Shown: one piece after another, positions 1 through 10,158 of the stretch
Layout of the letters: each line of letters begins with the position of its first letter
Position numbering within the stretch: the stretch's first letter is position 1
Origin: an uncultured Campylobacter sp.
Lineage (GTDB): Bacteria > Campylobacterota > Campylobacteria > Campylobacterales > Campylobacteraceae
DNA: 64,000 nucleotides
NCBI GenBank assembly: GCA_963528245.1
Contig: CAURWB010000004.1
Span: 774 to 64,773 of the forward strand
Direction: 5' to 3'
The notes under the pieces: model-generated
The model's database searches: none
What the model was told of the DNA's origin: nothing
The model's input: only the letters and a program-made list of their open reading frames with translations
Made by a program: the position numbers and the translations under genes

Positions 1-595
1 TCTTTACGACTCGCCTTTTCTCTCTCGTTTAAAAACTGCGCCAATAAAAATAATCCTTGATAATCCACCGCAAAAACTCTCATTATTATATTAAAATGAG
101 AATTATACTTAAAATATCTCAAAATAAAATAAAAGCCAGTATCATTTTGATTTTGGCGCGTTGAGCGATAAACCAAAATTTGAGCTTTTAGTGATACTTC
201 AGCGCAAAGCAAAAGGCTTGAATTTCAAATTCGGGATTAATCTACATAAAAGCGACGTATTTACGGTAAATTTTACCAAATCGCGCAGAGTTCTAGTGCA
301 GTCGGCGTGCTTTGGTAAATTTACAAAAGATAGCAAAATTTACCGACTAATTATACGTACAAAAAGGGCGAAATTTAGTTGCCCGTCAGTCTAAATTTGA
401 AGCTTGGGCTTTAGCAAATCAAACAAATTTAAGCCCAAAGTAGCCAGAAATTGGTGCCAAATTTAGCTTGCGAGCAAATCCAAATTTGAGATGGCAAAGG
501 ATATATCGCTAAATTTTAGCCATCAAAATTTACTGCGAAAGCAATTTTAAATTCAGCGTCAAATTTATTTTGCTGGTGAGCTTTTTAAGGCAAAT

Positions 596-1582
596 TTAAC
601 TAACGAAAAACTCTTGCGCAGCCTGTTTACTTTCAAAAGGCTTCACGCGAATTTCGCGTTCGCCGACTCTAGCTCGTACCGCCGCGTCCTTATCCGTCTT
701 GGTATAAGCAAGCGCCAGCCGCACGGCAAACTCGAGGTCGGACTCGTTAAATTTAGCGTCCACTAAGCTCACCGCGCCCACGATATCGCCGTCAAATTTG
801 ATCTGCGTAAATTTCGGATTATTTAGGGCTAGCAGTTTGGCGTTGTCGTTTTCGTCGCGGCCGATGACCATTTTGGTGCCGTTTGCCAGGCGCAGATGCC
901 GCCCGATACGCAGCAGCTGCATATCTGCGCTAGTCATATCCGGGTCAAATTTGATGAAATCTTTGATTTTATTCGCAAAGCTCTCGATCGTGAGCAAGCA
1001 CCCGCCGCCGGGCGTCTCATACTCGCTAAAGCCAAACTCTTTCGCAAGCGCGAGCTGTCTTTTGCGGTCGCGTCCGCTGATGGCGAGCAGTTTGCTGCGA
1101 TCGACCCAGCCTTCGCGCTCGGGCTTTGTGGGCTTCATCAGCTGCGCAGACATCGGGCGCAAGATGAGATCATCCTCGTCGCCGGCAGCGTTTTTGACCT
1201 GCGCCATCGCGTCGCGTCTTTGGCTCATCGGACGCTGGCCGATCACCTCACCCGTCGCGATAAAGTCCGCGCCCTCCGAGCGCATCATCGCAAGCGCCGT
1301 TTTAAACATATATCCGTGGCAGTCGATGCAGGGGTTAAAGTGCTTGCCGTAGCCGTGCTTTGGCGTAAAAAGCACCTCGCGCAGGTATTCGCTTCTGATA
1401 TCTACGATCTTAAACTCGGCTCCGGCTTCATTCGCGCGGCGGCGTAAAATTTCCGCCTTTTTCTCGTCGCCGCTAAAGCCGATGTCGATATGGATCGCTG
1501 TAACTTCGATGCCTTGGGTTGTCAGCAGCTTGATAGAGATCATACTATCAAGCCCGCCGCTAAATAAAACTAATGCTTTCAT
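596..1582 (-). CDS. PP-loop ATP pyrophosphatase, ThiI/tRNA-thiolation-like (no THUMP domain)
   Basis: 328-aa ORF; N-terminal PP-loop SGGLDS (MKALVLFSGGLDS) and NPCIDCH cysteine motif; start overlaps the dnaG stop by 4 nt. Confidence 0.6.
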   Translation of the reverse strand: MKALVLFSGGLDSMISIKLLTTQGIEVTAIHIDIGFSGDEKKAEILRRRANEAGAEFKIVDIRSEYLREVLFTPKHGYGKHFNPCIDCHGYMFKTALAMMRSEGADFIATGEVIGQRPMSQRRDAMAQVKNAAGDEDDLILRPMSAQLMKPTKPEREGWVDRSKLLAISGRDRKRQLALAKEFGFSEYETPGGGCLLTIESFANKIKDFIKFDPDMTSADMQLLRIGRHLRLANGTKMVIGRDENDNAKLLALNNPKFTQIKFDGDIVGAVSLVDAKFNESDLEFAVRLALAYTKTDKDAAVRARVGEREIRVKPFESKQAAQEFFVS

Positions 1583-3252
1583 TTTTTAAGTTCCTTTAAA
1601 ATTTCGTTAATTTTTTTTAGTATCGGTTGCTTTTCTTCTAGCGAGATTTGCGACGCCGAATACTTTTTGTATAAATTTTTGTAAAATCTTGTTTTAAAAA
1701 ATTTTAGGTTTTGTAAAATTTCCTCCTCGTTTTTAAACGCCTCGTATTTTTCAAATATTATCTCGCGCACGGACGGATCGTTCGCGTCCGCTCCCGCCGC
1801 GATCGCTTCGTAGACTGCCCTGTGGCGCGCGAAATAATCGGGCTTTAAATTTTCTAAAATAAATTTTTTTAGACTCTCGTTTTCTATCATCGTTTTTAAA
1901 ATTTGGATTTCTAGCGGGTCTTTGCGTCCCGAGTTTGCGCGGAAATTTTGCGTTTCGTAGCCCTGCGCGTTTTGCTCCGTCCCGCCGTAGCCTTGCCGCA
2001 TCGGCGAATTTGATCCGCGTGAGAGGCGAAACGACCCCTCGGCTATCTTTAAAATTTTAGCCACGAGCGGCGCGTAGGAGTTTGCGACGACGGGTTTTAG
2101 GCTCGCGGTAAAGGCCTGGATCGCTTCTAGCGCTTTTTGCTTTTGCACGGGGCGCGAGAGGTCAAAGCCGCTAGCTAGATGCCTGATGTAAAATTCGCCG
2201 ATCTCCGTGCCGCTTTCAAAAATTTGCCGCAGATACTCTATCTTGCCGGCAACTACCATATCGGCCGGATCTGCGCCGCCCTCAATAATGACTACGCTGC
2301 CGTCGATTTCGTTTTGCGCGAGCAGCAGGGCGGACTTCGTCGCGGCATTTATGCCCGCATCATCGCCGTCAAAGCATAAGATAACGCTAATCTCGCCGCG
2401 TTTTAAAAGCGGCAAGTGCTTGGTAGTGAGCGCGGTTCCAAGCACTGCTACGACGTTGTTAAAGCCCGCCTTATGCAGCATGATGACGTCCATGTAGCCT
2501 TCGGTGATGATGATCTGATTTTTGGTGAAAATTTCTCGCTTTGCTAGGTGGTAGCCGTAAAAAAGAGTCGATTTGTCAAAAACCGCGGACTGGGGCGAAT
2601 TTACGTATTTAGCGGGGTTGCCGCTGATCGTGCGTCCGCCAAATCCCACCAGCCGCCCCGCATGCGTGTAGATAGGAAAGGTGATTCGGTTTATGAAACT
2701 CGCGTAAATGCCGTTTTCGTTTTGCTTTACGATGCCGACTTCTAGGGCTTCTTTGGGTTCGATTTGCTCGTTTTGCAGTAGCCTTATCGTCTGCGCGCTC
2801 TCGGGTGCGAAACCCAGCTCAAATTTATCTATCAGCTCGTCTGTTACACCGCGCGAGTAGAGATACTCCACGGCTGCTGGCGTTTTATAGAGCAGCGAGC
2901 GGTAAAAGGCGTTTGCGTTTTCTAGAATATGCTTGTTTTCCTTCGCCGGTTCGCCGCCTCGCACGTAGTTTAGTGTGAAATTTTGCAAACTAGCGATCTT
3001 TTCGACGGCTTCGGGGTAGCTTAGCTTTTCGTAGTCCATCACGAATTTGATCGCGTCGCCGCCGGCTTTGCACGAAAAGCAGTGAAATATCCCGCGCGAC
3101 GGGCTCACGCTCATGCTCGGGTTTTTATCGTCGTGAAACGGGCAGACGCACACGAAGTTCGCGCCACTTTTTTTCAGCGGCAGATAGTGCCCGACGACAT
3201 CGACGATATCGGTTTGCGCTTTTAGTCTTTCTATTGATTTTGGATCGATCAT
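1579..3252 (-). CDS. dnaG: DNA primase
   Basis: 557-aa ORF; CHC2 zinc finger CPFHDDKNPS...FHCFSC; Toprim motifs EGYMDV and DGDDAG. Confidence 0.95.
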   Translation of the reverse strand: MIDPKSIERLKAQTDIVDVVGHYLPLKKSGANFVCVCPFHDDKNPSMSVSPSRGIFHCFSCKAGGDAIKFVMDYEKLSYPEAVEKIASLQNFTLNYVRGGEPAKENKHILENANAFYRSLLYKTPAAVEYLYSRGVTDELIDKFELGFAPESAQTIRLLQNEQIEPKEALEVGIVKQNENGIYASFINRITFPIYTHAGRLVGFGGRTISGNPAKYVNSPQSAVFDKSTLFYGYHLAKREIFTKNQIIITEGYMDVIMLHKAGFNNVVAVLGTALTTKHLPLLKRGEISVILCFDGDDAGINAATKSALLLAQNEIDGSVVIIEGGADPADMVVAGKIEYLRQIFESGTEIGEFYIRHLASGFDLSRPVQKQKALEAIQAFTASLKPVVANSYAPLVAKILKIAEGSFRLSRGSNSPMRQGYGGTEQNAQGYETQNFRANSGRKDPLEIQILKTMIENESLKKFILENLKPDYFARHRAVYEAIAAGADANDPSVREIIFEKYEAFKNEEEILQNLKFFKTRFYKNLYKKYSASQISLEEKQPILKKINEILKELKK

Positions 3253-3294
3253 AAGCGAGATTATACAATCGTTTTGCTATAATCGGCGTTAAAT

Positions 3295-4341
3295 TTGACT
3301 TTAGAAAGCGGCATTTTGGATATATTTTTTATCGAATTTAGAGACCCGATTTTCGGTCTCGTGGTGCTAGTCGCCGCGGTGCTCGTGATCGCCGTTTTTA
3401 GCTACGCATGGGGCGTTTTTAAGAACAAAGACGAAAAGGCGGAGATCGCGGGATTTTTGAAAAAATTCGGCAAATCTCAGGGTCTGAGCGACGAAAACAA
3501 ACAGCTTTTGATAAACTCGGGTGCAGATACGGCTACGATGTGCTTTTTGGCGGGGACGTTTTCAAAAAGCGGGTATTTTGAAAAGGCTATCAACGTCTAT
3601 GCCGTGGCTTTGGAGCGGGCTAAAAACCGCACGGCAAAGGAGCAAATTTTCACCGATCTTGGTCAAACTTATTTTAAGGCGGGCTTTTTGGAGCGCGCAA
3701 AGAGCGTATTTTTAGAGGCGCTAAAAATCTCCCCGCGAAATCAAATCGCGCTAAAATCTCTAACGATAATTTTCGAAAAACTAAAAGACTACGAGGGCGC
3801 ATTGCAGACCCTGGATGCTTTGCAGGAGCTTGGCAGTGACGTGAGAGCGCAGACGGCGTATATCAAGGCGCTGCAAATTTTAGCGGATAAAAGCAAAGAT
3901 GAAACCGCTAAAATCGGCGAAATTTTAGCCCTAAAGGACGAATTTGCGCTCGTGCGCCGAATGGCGATGGAGAGGCTAAATTTAAGCGGCTCGGCTCTTA
4001 AAGATTTTGCCGATTTCCCGCCGCTTGAGGATGTTTTGGATTTGGTTTATTATCAAAACTCGCCCGTAAATTTAACCGATCCCGAGTATAAGAGCCTGTT
4101 TTTCGTAAAAGGCATGAGCGACGAGGACGGCGCACCGCTAGGCTTTGAGCTAGAGGTTTTAAAGAAGCTAAAAGCGGCAAACTACGACAAAGCCGCGCTT
4201 AGCTTTAACTACGTCTGTAAGAGCTGTAAAAACGCCTTTCCGATGCATTTTTACCGCTGTCCGATGTGTAGCGAGCTAGGCAGCGTGCAAATTTTGCCTC
4301 ACATCACGGAAAAACCCGATGAAAACAGTATGCCTTTTTAG
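3295..4341 (+). CDS. TPR-repeat protein with N-terminal TM helix and C-terminal zinc ribbon (LapB/YciM-like architecture)
   Basis: 348-aa ORF with a non-ATG start; hydrophobic N-terminus, TPR-like helical repeats, C-terminal CKSC...CPMC rubredoxin-like pair. Confidence 0.6.
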   Translation: MTLESGILDIFFIEFRDPIFGLVVLVAAVLVIAVFSYAWGVFKNKDEKAEIAGFLKKFGKSQGLSDENKQLLINSGADTATMCFLAGTFSKSGYFEKAINVYAVALERAKNRTAKEQIFTDLGQTYFKAGFLERAKSVFLEALKISPRNQIALKSLTIIFEKLKDYEGALQTLDALQELGSDVRAQTAYIKALQILADKSKDETAKIGEILALKDEFALVRRMAMERLNLSGSALKDFADFPPLEDVLDLVYYQNSPVNLTDPEYKSLFFVKGMSDEDGAPLGFELEVLKKLKAANYDKAALSFNYVCKSCKNAFPMHFYRCPMCSELGSVQILPHITEKPDENSMPF

Positions 4342-4756
4342 CGACGGCTCGTGTCTGGACAACCCGGGACCGGGCGGCTGGGCGTACATCCTAGAGTATG
4401 GCGAACACAAAAAAACTGCAAGCGGCGGCGAGGCACACACGACGAATAACCAAATGGAGCTGCGAGCCGCAATCGAAGGGCTAAAAGCGCTAAAACAGCC
4501 GTGCCGCGTAAAGCTCTACACCGATAGCTCATACGTCGCAAACGCCGTAAATGCGTGGCTAGAGGGCTGGGTGAAGAAAAACTTTAAAAACGTAAAAAAC
4601 GTCCCGCTGTGGCAGGAGTATATAAGCGCGAGCAAGCCGCACGAGGTCGAGGCGATCTGGGTCAAAGGCCACGCCGGGCACCCGCAAAACGAGCTTTGCG
4701 ACGAGATGGCGCGCGAGCAAGCCGTGAATATAAAAAATAGCTTAAAAGGCGAATAA
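4319..4756 (+). CDS. rnhA: Ribonuclease HI
   Basis: 145 aa; motifs DGSCLDNPGPGGWAYIL, NNQMELRA, YTDSSYV, GHAGHPQNE. Confidence 0.93.
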   Translation: MKTVCLFSDGSCLDNPGPGGWAYILEYGEHKKTASGGEAHTTNNQMELRAAIEGLKALKQPCRVKLYTDSSYVANAVNAWLEGWVKKNFKNVKNVPLWQEYISASKPHEVEAIWVKGHAGHPQNELCDEMAREQAVNIKNSLKGE

Positions 4757-5424
4757 TGCGAAATTTGGAAGAAAAATTAGGATATAAATTTAAAGACGAA
4801 AAGCTGCTAAAAACCGCGCTCACGCACAAAAGCGTAAAAGGCGGCGCAAACAACGAAAGGCTCGAGTTTTTGGGCGATGCGGTGATGGATCTGGTGATCG
4901 GGGATTATCTTTTTCACAAATTTTCGCGCCTAAGCGAAGGTGATCTAAGCAAACTAAGAGCCGCGCTCGTAAATGAAAAAAGCTTCGCCGAGCTGGCTAA
5001 ATATCTAAATTTGGGCCAACTCATCAATATCTCGCCCGCCGAGGAGCACAACGGCGGACGGCTAAAAGCTTCGATCCTATCAGACGCCTTTGAGGCGCTG
5101 ATGGGCGCGATCTACCTAGAAAGCGGCTTTGACACCGTGTGCGCGGCTAGCCTAAAAGCCTTTGAGAGATGCTACCCCGATATAAATTTCGACCGCATGG
5201 TCAAGGACTACAAAACCGCACTGCAAGAGCTAACTCAAGCGCGCTTCGCCGAGATACCAAAATACGTACTAGTGGGCTCAAAAGGCCCCGATCACAAGAA
5301 GGAATTTGAGATCGCGCTAATGCTAAACGAGCGCGAAATCTCGCGAGCCGCGGGCAAGAGCAAAAAAGAAGCCGAGCAAAAAGCCGCCAAAACCGCGCTT
5401 GAGATTTTGGGAGAGGGCAAGTGA
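4756..5424 (+). CDS. rnc: Ribonuclease III
   Basis: 222 aa; RNase III signature ERLEFLGDAV and a C-terminal dsRNA-binding region. Confidence 0.95.
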   Translation: MRNLEEKLGYKFKDEKLLKTALTHKSVKGGANNERLEFLGDAVMDLVIGDYLFHKFSRLSEGDLSKLRAALVNEKSFAELAKYLNLGQLINISPAEEHNGGRLKASILSDAFEALMGAIYLESGFDTVCAASLKAFERCYPDINFDRMVKDYKTALQELTQARFAEIPKYVLVGSKGPDHKKEFEIALMLNEREISRAAGKSKKEAEQKAAKTALEILGEGK

Positions 5425-6629
5425 ACACCTTTGGACGCAAACTAACGCTAACGACGTTTGGCGAGAGTCACGGAGTGGCGATCGGCGGCGTGCTAGACGG
5501 TTTTCCCGCAGGCGTGCGTATCGATTTAATTTTTATCCAAAGCGAGCTTGACAAACGAAGGCCGGGCGGCTCGAAATTTGCCACGGCCAGGAGCGAAGGC
5601 GACCGAGTGGAGATTTTAAGCGGCGTGTTTGAAGGCGTCAGCACGGGCACTCCGATCGGCTTTATCATCCGAAACGAAAATCAAAAATCGGGCGATTATG
5701 AAAATTTACGCGAGCTCTTTCGACCAGGGCACGCAGACTACGCCTACTACCGAAAATACGGCATCCGCGACCACCGAGGCGGCGGACGTAGCTCGGCTAG
5801 AGAGACGGCCGTGCGTGTGGCGGGCGGTGCGATAGCTCAAATTTTGCTGGGCGAATTTGGCGTCAGCGTACAAAGCGGCGTGGCTAGCGTGGGCGAAATT
5901 TCGTGCGGCGAGCAGCCGGATTTCGAGTTGGCGGCGCGCTCGGAGATATTTTCGCTAGGCAACGAAGAGGCGATGAAAGAGGAAATCCTAAAAGCCAAGC
6001 AGGAACACGACAGCGTCGGAGCTAGCGTCATCACGGTTATCCGCGGCGCGCCGGCCGGGCTTGGCGAGGGGCTATACTATAAATTTGATGCAGCCATCGC
6101 GGCTGCGATGATGGGCATAAACGGCGTCAAAGCCGTAGAGATCGGCGAGGGTGTAAACGCAAGCAAGATGCACGGCAGCGAAAATAACGACTCGATGAGT
6201 GCGGCGTATGCGCGCGTAAATTTGACCGACTCGGCTCTAGGCGGCTCGGGTGAGCTATCAAATTTAAACGGCAGCAAATTTGACGAATGCAAAAGCGAGG
6301 CGGACGGCGCGGCTTGCTGCGGCTCAAATTCGGACGAAAAATTCGGATTCGCCTCAAATCACGCGGGCGGAACGCTGGGCGGCATGACGAGCGGACAAGA
6401 AGTCGTGATAAAGACGCATTTTAAGCCGACTCCGTCGATATTTTTATCTCAGCCGACGCAAAACGTACGCGGCGAAGACGTCATCTGCGAGCTGCGCGGA
6501 CGGCACGATCCGTGTATCGGAGTGCGCGGTAGCGTCGTAGCAACCGCGATGGCGAGGCTAGTAACAGCCGATATGCTACTTTTAAATTTGAGCGCAAATC
6601 TAGCAAATTTAAAGAAAATTTACGACTAA
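5421..6629 (+). CDS. aroC: Chorismate synthase with an internal insertion of about 45 aa
   Basis: 402 aa; MNTFG..LTTFGESHG, RSSARET, SNHAGGTLGG, GRHDPC; about 40 aa longer than typical AroC (see finding). Confidence 0.93.
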   Translation: MNTFGRKLTLTTFGESHGVAIGGVLDGFPAGVRIDLIFIQSELDKRRPGGSKFATARSEGDRVEILSGVFEGVSTGTPIGFIIRNENQKSGDYENLRELFRPGHADYAYYRKYGIRDHRGGGRSSARETAVRVAGGAIAQILLGEFGVSVQSGVASVGEISCGEQPDFELAARSEIFSLGNEEAMKEEILKAKQEHDSVGASVITVIRGAPAGLGEGLYYKFDAAIAAAMMGINGVKAVEIGEGVNASKMHGSENNDSMSAAYARVNLTDSALGGSGELSNLNGSKFDECKSEADGAACCGSNSDEKFGFASNHAGGTLGGMTSGQEVVIKTHFKPTPSIFLSQPTQNVRGEDVICELRGRHDPCIGVRGSVVATAMARLVTADMLLLNLSANLANLKKIYD

Positions 6630-7386
6630 CTCCAAGATAAACCGCGCCCCAAACTAAGCTGAGTAAAACGGACGCTACGCGCGTTTGGGCGAGTCGGCCA
6701 CAAATACGTAAAATCCCGCCGCGAAATTTATAAAAAAATCGGACATTTTTGCGCGCGGCAAAGACGTTTGGCAAATTTATATTTATTATATAAATGGCGA
6801 GAAAAACGGCGTAACGGACATATTTTATATAAAAATATCTCACACGGCGGCTTAGAAAATTTGCTCGCAGGCGCCATAAAATATCTAAAATTTATGTAAT
6901 AAATCATAGAAAAACAGAGCGTGGCAAGGAGCTAGGAGCGCGTAAATTTAGACTCTTTAACCCTAACGGCAAGAAAAAGTACATCCTAAAAATACTTGCC
7001 AAACAGACTACAAGGCACGAAAATCTAAACCTTGGCACGATATTTATGCAGACGAGTCTATTTATGGCGTTTACGAGGAGTTTTGTAGATCTCTAAAACA
7101 TCTCCCGCAAAATAAGCCAAATTTGCAGTTTTACGCTACGTCGAACGGGAGCTGTCCTGGGGATCAGAAGTATGCGTAAATATCAAATTTACTCTTGTTT
7201 TCTTGTAAAATCAAATTCGACAACTAGGCCGTATTACATAAATTAGGTCACTCATAAGGTCGCCGATAAAACAGTTAAATTTAAAGACATTCTAGTTTTA
7301 GTTTTTTGATGTTCATATGAAAAATTCGTAAAATTTGCCGTCGCGCAAATGTTCAATCTATTTTACGAAAACAAGGCTGCACGAAG

Positions 7387-7965
7387 TCAAATTTGCTCAT
7401 CAAACAGCCCGCGTTCAAAGCTTTTCACGCGAAAGCTGCGCCTTTGCAGCGGCGAGTCGCCCAGTTTTGCTACTGCGTCCAGATGCGCCTTCGTACCGTA
7501 GCCTTTGTGTGCGGCGTATCCGTAGCCCGTATGTACGCCGTCCCACGCCGTCATCAGCGCGTCGCGGCTTACTTTGGCTAGGATGCTGGCCGCGCTTACT
7601 TGTGCCACTTCGCCGTCGGCTCCGATCATGGTTTTTACGCCCGTGCCGTAGTTTGCGTTGCCGTCGTAGAGCAGCTCGCAGTCTGCAAAATGCGACTTAA
7701 ACAACCGTAGCGCGCGCCTAAGACACTCGCTAAGGCCTAGCTGGTCGATTTGCTCGTTTGAAAAATACGCGATGAGAAATTCCGAGTTTCCAGCGATCTC
7801 TTTAAACAACTCCTCGCGCCGCTTCGCCGTTAGTTTTTTAGAGTCGTTTAGCCCCGCTATCTCGCGTTTTAGTACGCATCCAGCTACCGCCATGGGGCCA
7901 GCCAGCGCGCCGCGTCCGGCCTCGTCGATACCGCAGAGTTGGATGTCAGATTTGTTTTTCATCAC
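7387..7965 (-). CDS. rnhB: Ribonuclease HII
   Basis: 192 aa; [14 protein letters not shown] active-site motif. Confidence 0.93.
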   Translation of the reverse strand: MMKNKSDIQLCGIDEAGRGALAGPMAVAGCVLKREIAGLNDSKKLTAKRREELFKEIAGNSEFLIAYFSNEQIDQLGLSECLRRALRLFKSHFADCELLYDGNANYGTGVKTMIGADGEVAQVSAASILAKVSRDALMTAWDGVHTGYGYAAHKGYGTKAHLDAVAKLGDSPLQRRSFRVKSFERGLFDEQI

Positions 7966-8047
7966 TATGCTTTCAAATAAATTTTGTAAATTTTAAGCTA
8001 TCAAATTTTGCTTTCCATTTTTCAAGGTTTTTGAGGGTAGAATTTAG

Positions 8048-8983
8048 CTAAAACAGCCCGAAATTTTGCTTTAAATTCTCTTTGATAGGCTCAAGCGGTA
8101 GCGAAACTTCGCTATTTTTGCTGCCGACTGCACCGTCAAAAAACGTAATCCCGCTTGGCGAGAGCGTAAAATTTTCGCTCGGAGTTATCTTTTCTTTTGC
8201 GAAAATCGCAGTCAAATTTGCGTCGTTTAAATCCTTAAAAACGTCGCCAAAATTTATCTTTTTTAGATTTTTTAGCCAGACGGTTTTGCAGATTTTCCCG
8301 CCGGCGCTGACTTCACATACGCTTCTTATTTTGCCGTTTTGATACTCGAGGTTATTTAGCGCGTTTGCGGCGTTTTTTGAGGGGTCTTTGAGCCATGTCG
8401 TTTTAAAATTTTCAAGTTTTGCGGCGAGGGATTTTTTGTTATTTTGCGCAAATTTTGGTGCATAAAAGTCGCTCGCGACGGCTTCAAATCGCGCCCCGTT
8501 TCGTCCGATCTCTTGCAGTCCGAGCGCCATAAAATCATAGCTTGCGACCTGCTTTAGCACGGCTTTTCGCGCCTTGCCTCTGATTGCTAGCTTGCCCGTT
8601 AGTTCGCCGTTATCCGCTTTTACGCTTAGATTTAGCCACTCGGTGACCGCGTTTACGGCCGTTATATCGGCGCCCGATCTTTCGATGTTGCCTTTACTGA
8701 AGTCGTATCTGGCACCCTCAAAAAATGCGTGCCCTTGAAATTTGGGCGGCAAAATGGCGCCCTTGTCGCTAAAATTTTCAAACTCGACCTCAAGTTCGCT
8801 GATGTAGAGCTCAAATTTGCTCCCGTCCGCCTCGCCTGCAAATTTATAAATTTTACCCTCGTTTTCGTGCCTAATCTCGTAGCCTAGCACCAAAACGCAG
8901 GCCAAAAATATCGCCGCAACCGCTCTCACAACCGCTCCTTTTATATGCCCAGTGCCCAGCGTGAAAACGGCGCGACCTCGCAT
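8048..8983 (-). CDS. Membrane-anchored hypothetical protein (C-terminus weakly DUF3298/RsiV-like)
   Basis: 311-aa ORF; single N-terminal hydrophobic helix (AVAAIFLACVLVLGY). The 43-nt overlap with the upstream ATPase suggests a later real start. Confidence 0.5.
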   Translation of the reverse strand: MRGRAVFTLGTGHIKGAVVRAVAAIFLACVLVLGYEIRHENEGKIYKFAGEADGSKFELYISELEVEFENFSDKGAILPPKFQGHAFFEGARYDFSKGNIERSGADITAVNAVTEWLNLSVKADNGELTGKLAIRGKARKAVLKQVASYDFMALGLQEIGRNGARFEAVASDFYAPKFAQNNKKSLAAKLENFKTTWLKDPSKNAANALNNLEYQNGKIRSVCEVSAGGKICKTVWLKNLKKINFGDVFKDLNDANLTAIFAKEKITPSENFTLSPSGITFFDGAVGSKNSEVSLPLEPIKENLKQNFGLF

Positions 8984-10035
8984 TTTATGCCCTCGATGCT
9001 CGTCTCGCCGGAGTTTGCCACGCTGATTGCTTGTAGCCTATTTATACCTAAATTTTTTAAATTTGCGTGCAGTTTTTTAAATTTTAAAAAGACCAAATCC
9101 GCATCGCTAAACGGCGAGCAAATGATAGAAAGTTTCCTTTTTGGCAGGAAAAAATCAAGCTCTTTGGTATAAAAAATCTGCTCGTTAAATTTGGCCAGCT
9201 CGCAAAAAACCGTGTTGTTAAAATTTTTAGCGAAGTCCTTTTTTAGACTTAGTGCGCTTTTAAACGCAAAGTCGTTAAAATAAAGCCTTTTCGCGGCGTT
9301 TGGCTCGTTAAATTTTTCCACTAGGCTAACCGCGCTCATATTTTCTAGCTCGCTAAGCGCGCCGTAAACGCTATCTTTTGAGATTTTTCGGGTGGATTTT
9401 AGCGTGCTAAAAATCTCAAAGACGCTCACGTTTTGCGCCTGAGCTTTCGCGCACTCTTTTAGCACGGCTAGTTGCGTGGCGGATAGAGACGATTTTAGCG
9501 CGATTTGTAGATTTGCCGCGACGTTTTCGGCGTCGCAAAAGGCCGACGCAGGACTCCTGCCATGAAGCAAAAAGTGGCTAAAAAGCGTCTCGGGATCGAT
9601 CTTTTTTGAAAAAAAGGCGATAAATTCCTCGTAGTCTAAAAAATCCAAATTTAGCTCGTTAAAGCCGTTTAAATTTGTATCTTTAAACCGCGAGGCGACG
9701 ATAAAATTTGATAAATTTAGCTCCAAAATCGGCTCAAATTTATCCCAAAATCTCTTCTCGAAATCATCGATCGCTAGAATTTTTATCTGAGGATTTTGGC
9801 GTAAAAACTCGGGCAAATTTGACAAAATATCATCCGCATCTATGCGAAGGTCGCCTAAATTTACGTACAAAAACTCTTTGCTCTCAAATGCCGATAAAAA
9901 ACCCGCGATCAGCGAGGTTTTGCCGCTTCCTATACCGCCCTTTATCAGCGTTTTTGGCGCTGTGATTTCAAATTTTCTATTTATAAATTTGACGTTTTTC
10001 GGCGGGCTTTGGTAGAGAGCGTTTAGAGTTTGCAT
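8941..10035 (-). CDS. P-loop ATPase (AAA/DUF4143-like ATP-binding protein)
   Basis: 364 aa; Walker A GGIGSGKTS and Walker B-like ILAIDDFE. Confidence 0.65.
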   Translation of the reverse strand: MQTLNALYQSPPKNVKFINRKFEITAPKTLIKGGIGSGKTSLIAGFLSAFESKEFLYVNLGDLRIDADDILSNLPEFLRQNPQIKILAIDDFEKRFWDKFEPILELNLSNFIVASRFKDTNLNGFNELNLDFLDYEEFIAFFSKKIDPETLFSHFLLHGRSPASAFCDAENVAANLQIALKSSLSATQLAVLKECAKAQAQNVSVFEIFSTLKSTRKISKDSVYGALSELENMSAVSLVEKFNEPNAAKRLYFNDFAFKSALSLKKDFAKNFNNTVFCELAKFNEQIFYTKELDFFLPKRKLSIICSPFSDADLVFLKFKKLHANLKNLGINRLQAISVANSGETSIEGIKCEVAPFSRWALGI

Positions 10036-10132
10036 TTTTAGCCTTTTAAATTTGGAAAATTATAGCAAAGTTTCCTTATAAAGAGGAAGCTAATTAAAAT
10101 TTGACGCCAAAAAACAAGGGTAAATTTAACGA

Positions 10133-10158
10133 TTTTTTTTAAAAAAAAAGGGGGGGGG
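10133..10158. repeat. Triple homopolymer T8-A9-G9 in a divergent promoter region
   Basis: Counted directly: T at 10133-10140, A at 10141-10149, G at 10150-10158; TAGAAT follows at 10160-10165. Confidence 0.95.

Noticed and set aside
1-44. Possible 5' end of a minus-strand gene leaving the window (TTG at 44-42 after AAGGA; LAQFLNEREKASRK...)
   Set aside because: Only 14 codons are visible, which is too little to support a feature call.
161-394. 77-aa plus-strand ORF in the first spacer
   Set aside because: It lies entirely in AAATTT-array DNA, has a non-ATG start and no Shine-Dalgarno, and gives a K/F-rich low-complexity translation typical of the repeat read in frame.
798-1447. Two ORFs of about 184 aa antisense to the PP-loop ATPase gene
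   Set aside because: They are shadow ORFs of a GC-rich gene. The minus-strand product has clear PP-loop motifs, and these translations are Arg/Ser/Ala-rich noise.
7335-7700. 121-aa ORF antisense to rnhB
   Set aside because: The rnhB frame carries the RNase HII active-site motif, and the antisense product is Arg-rich noise.
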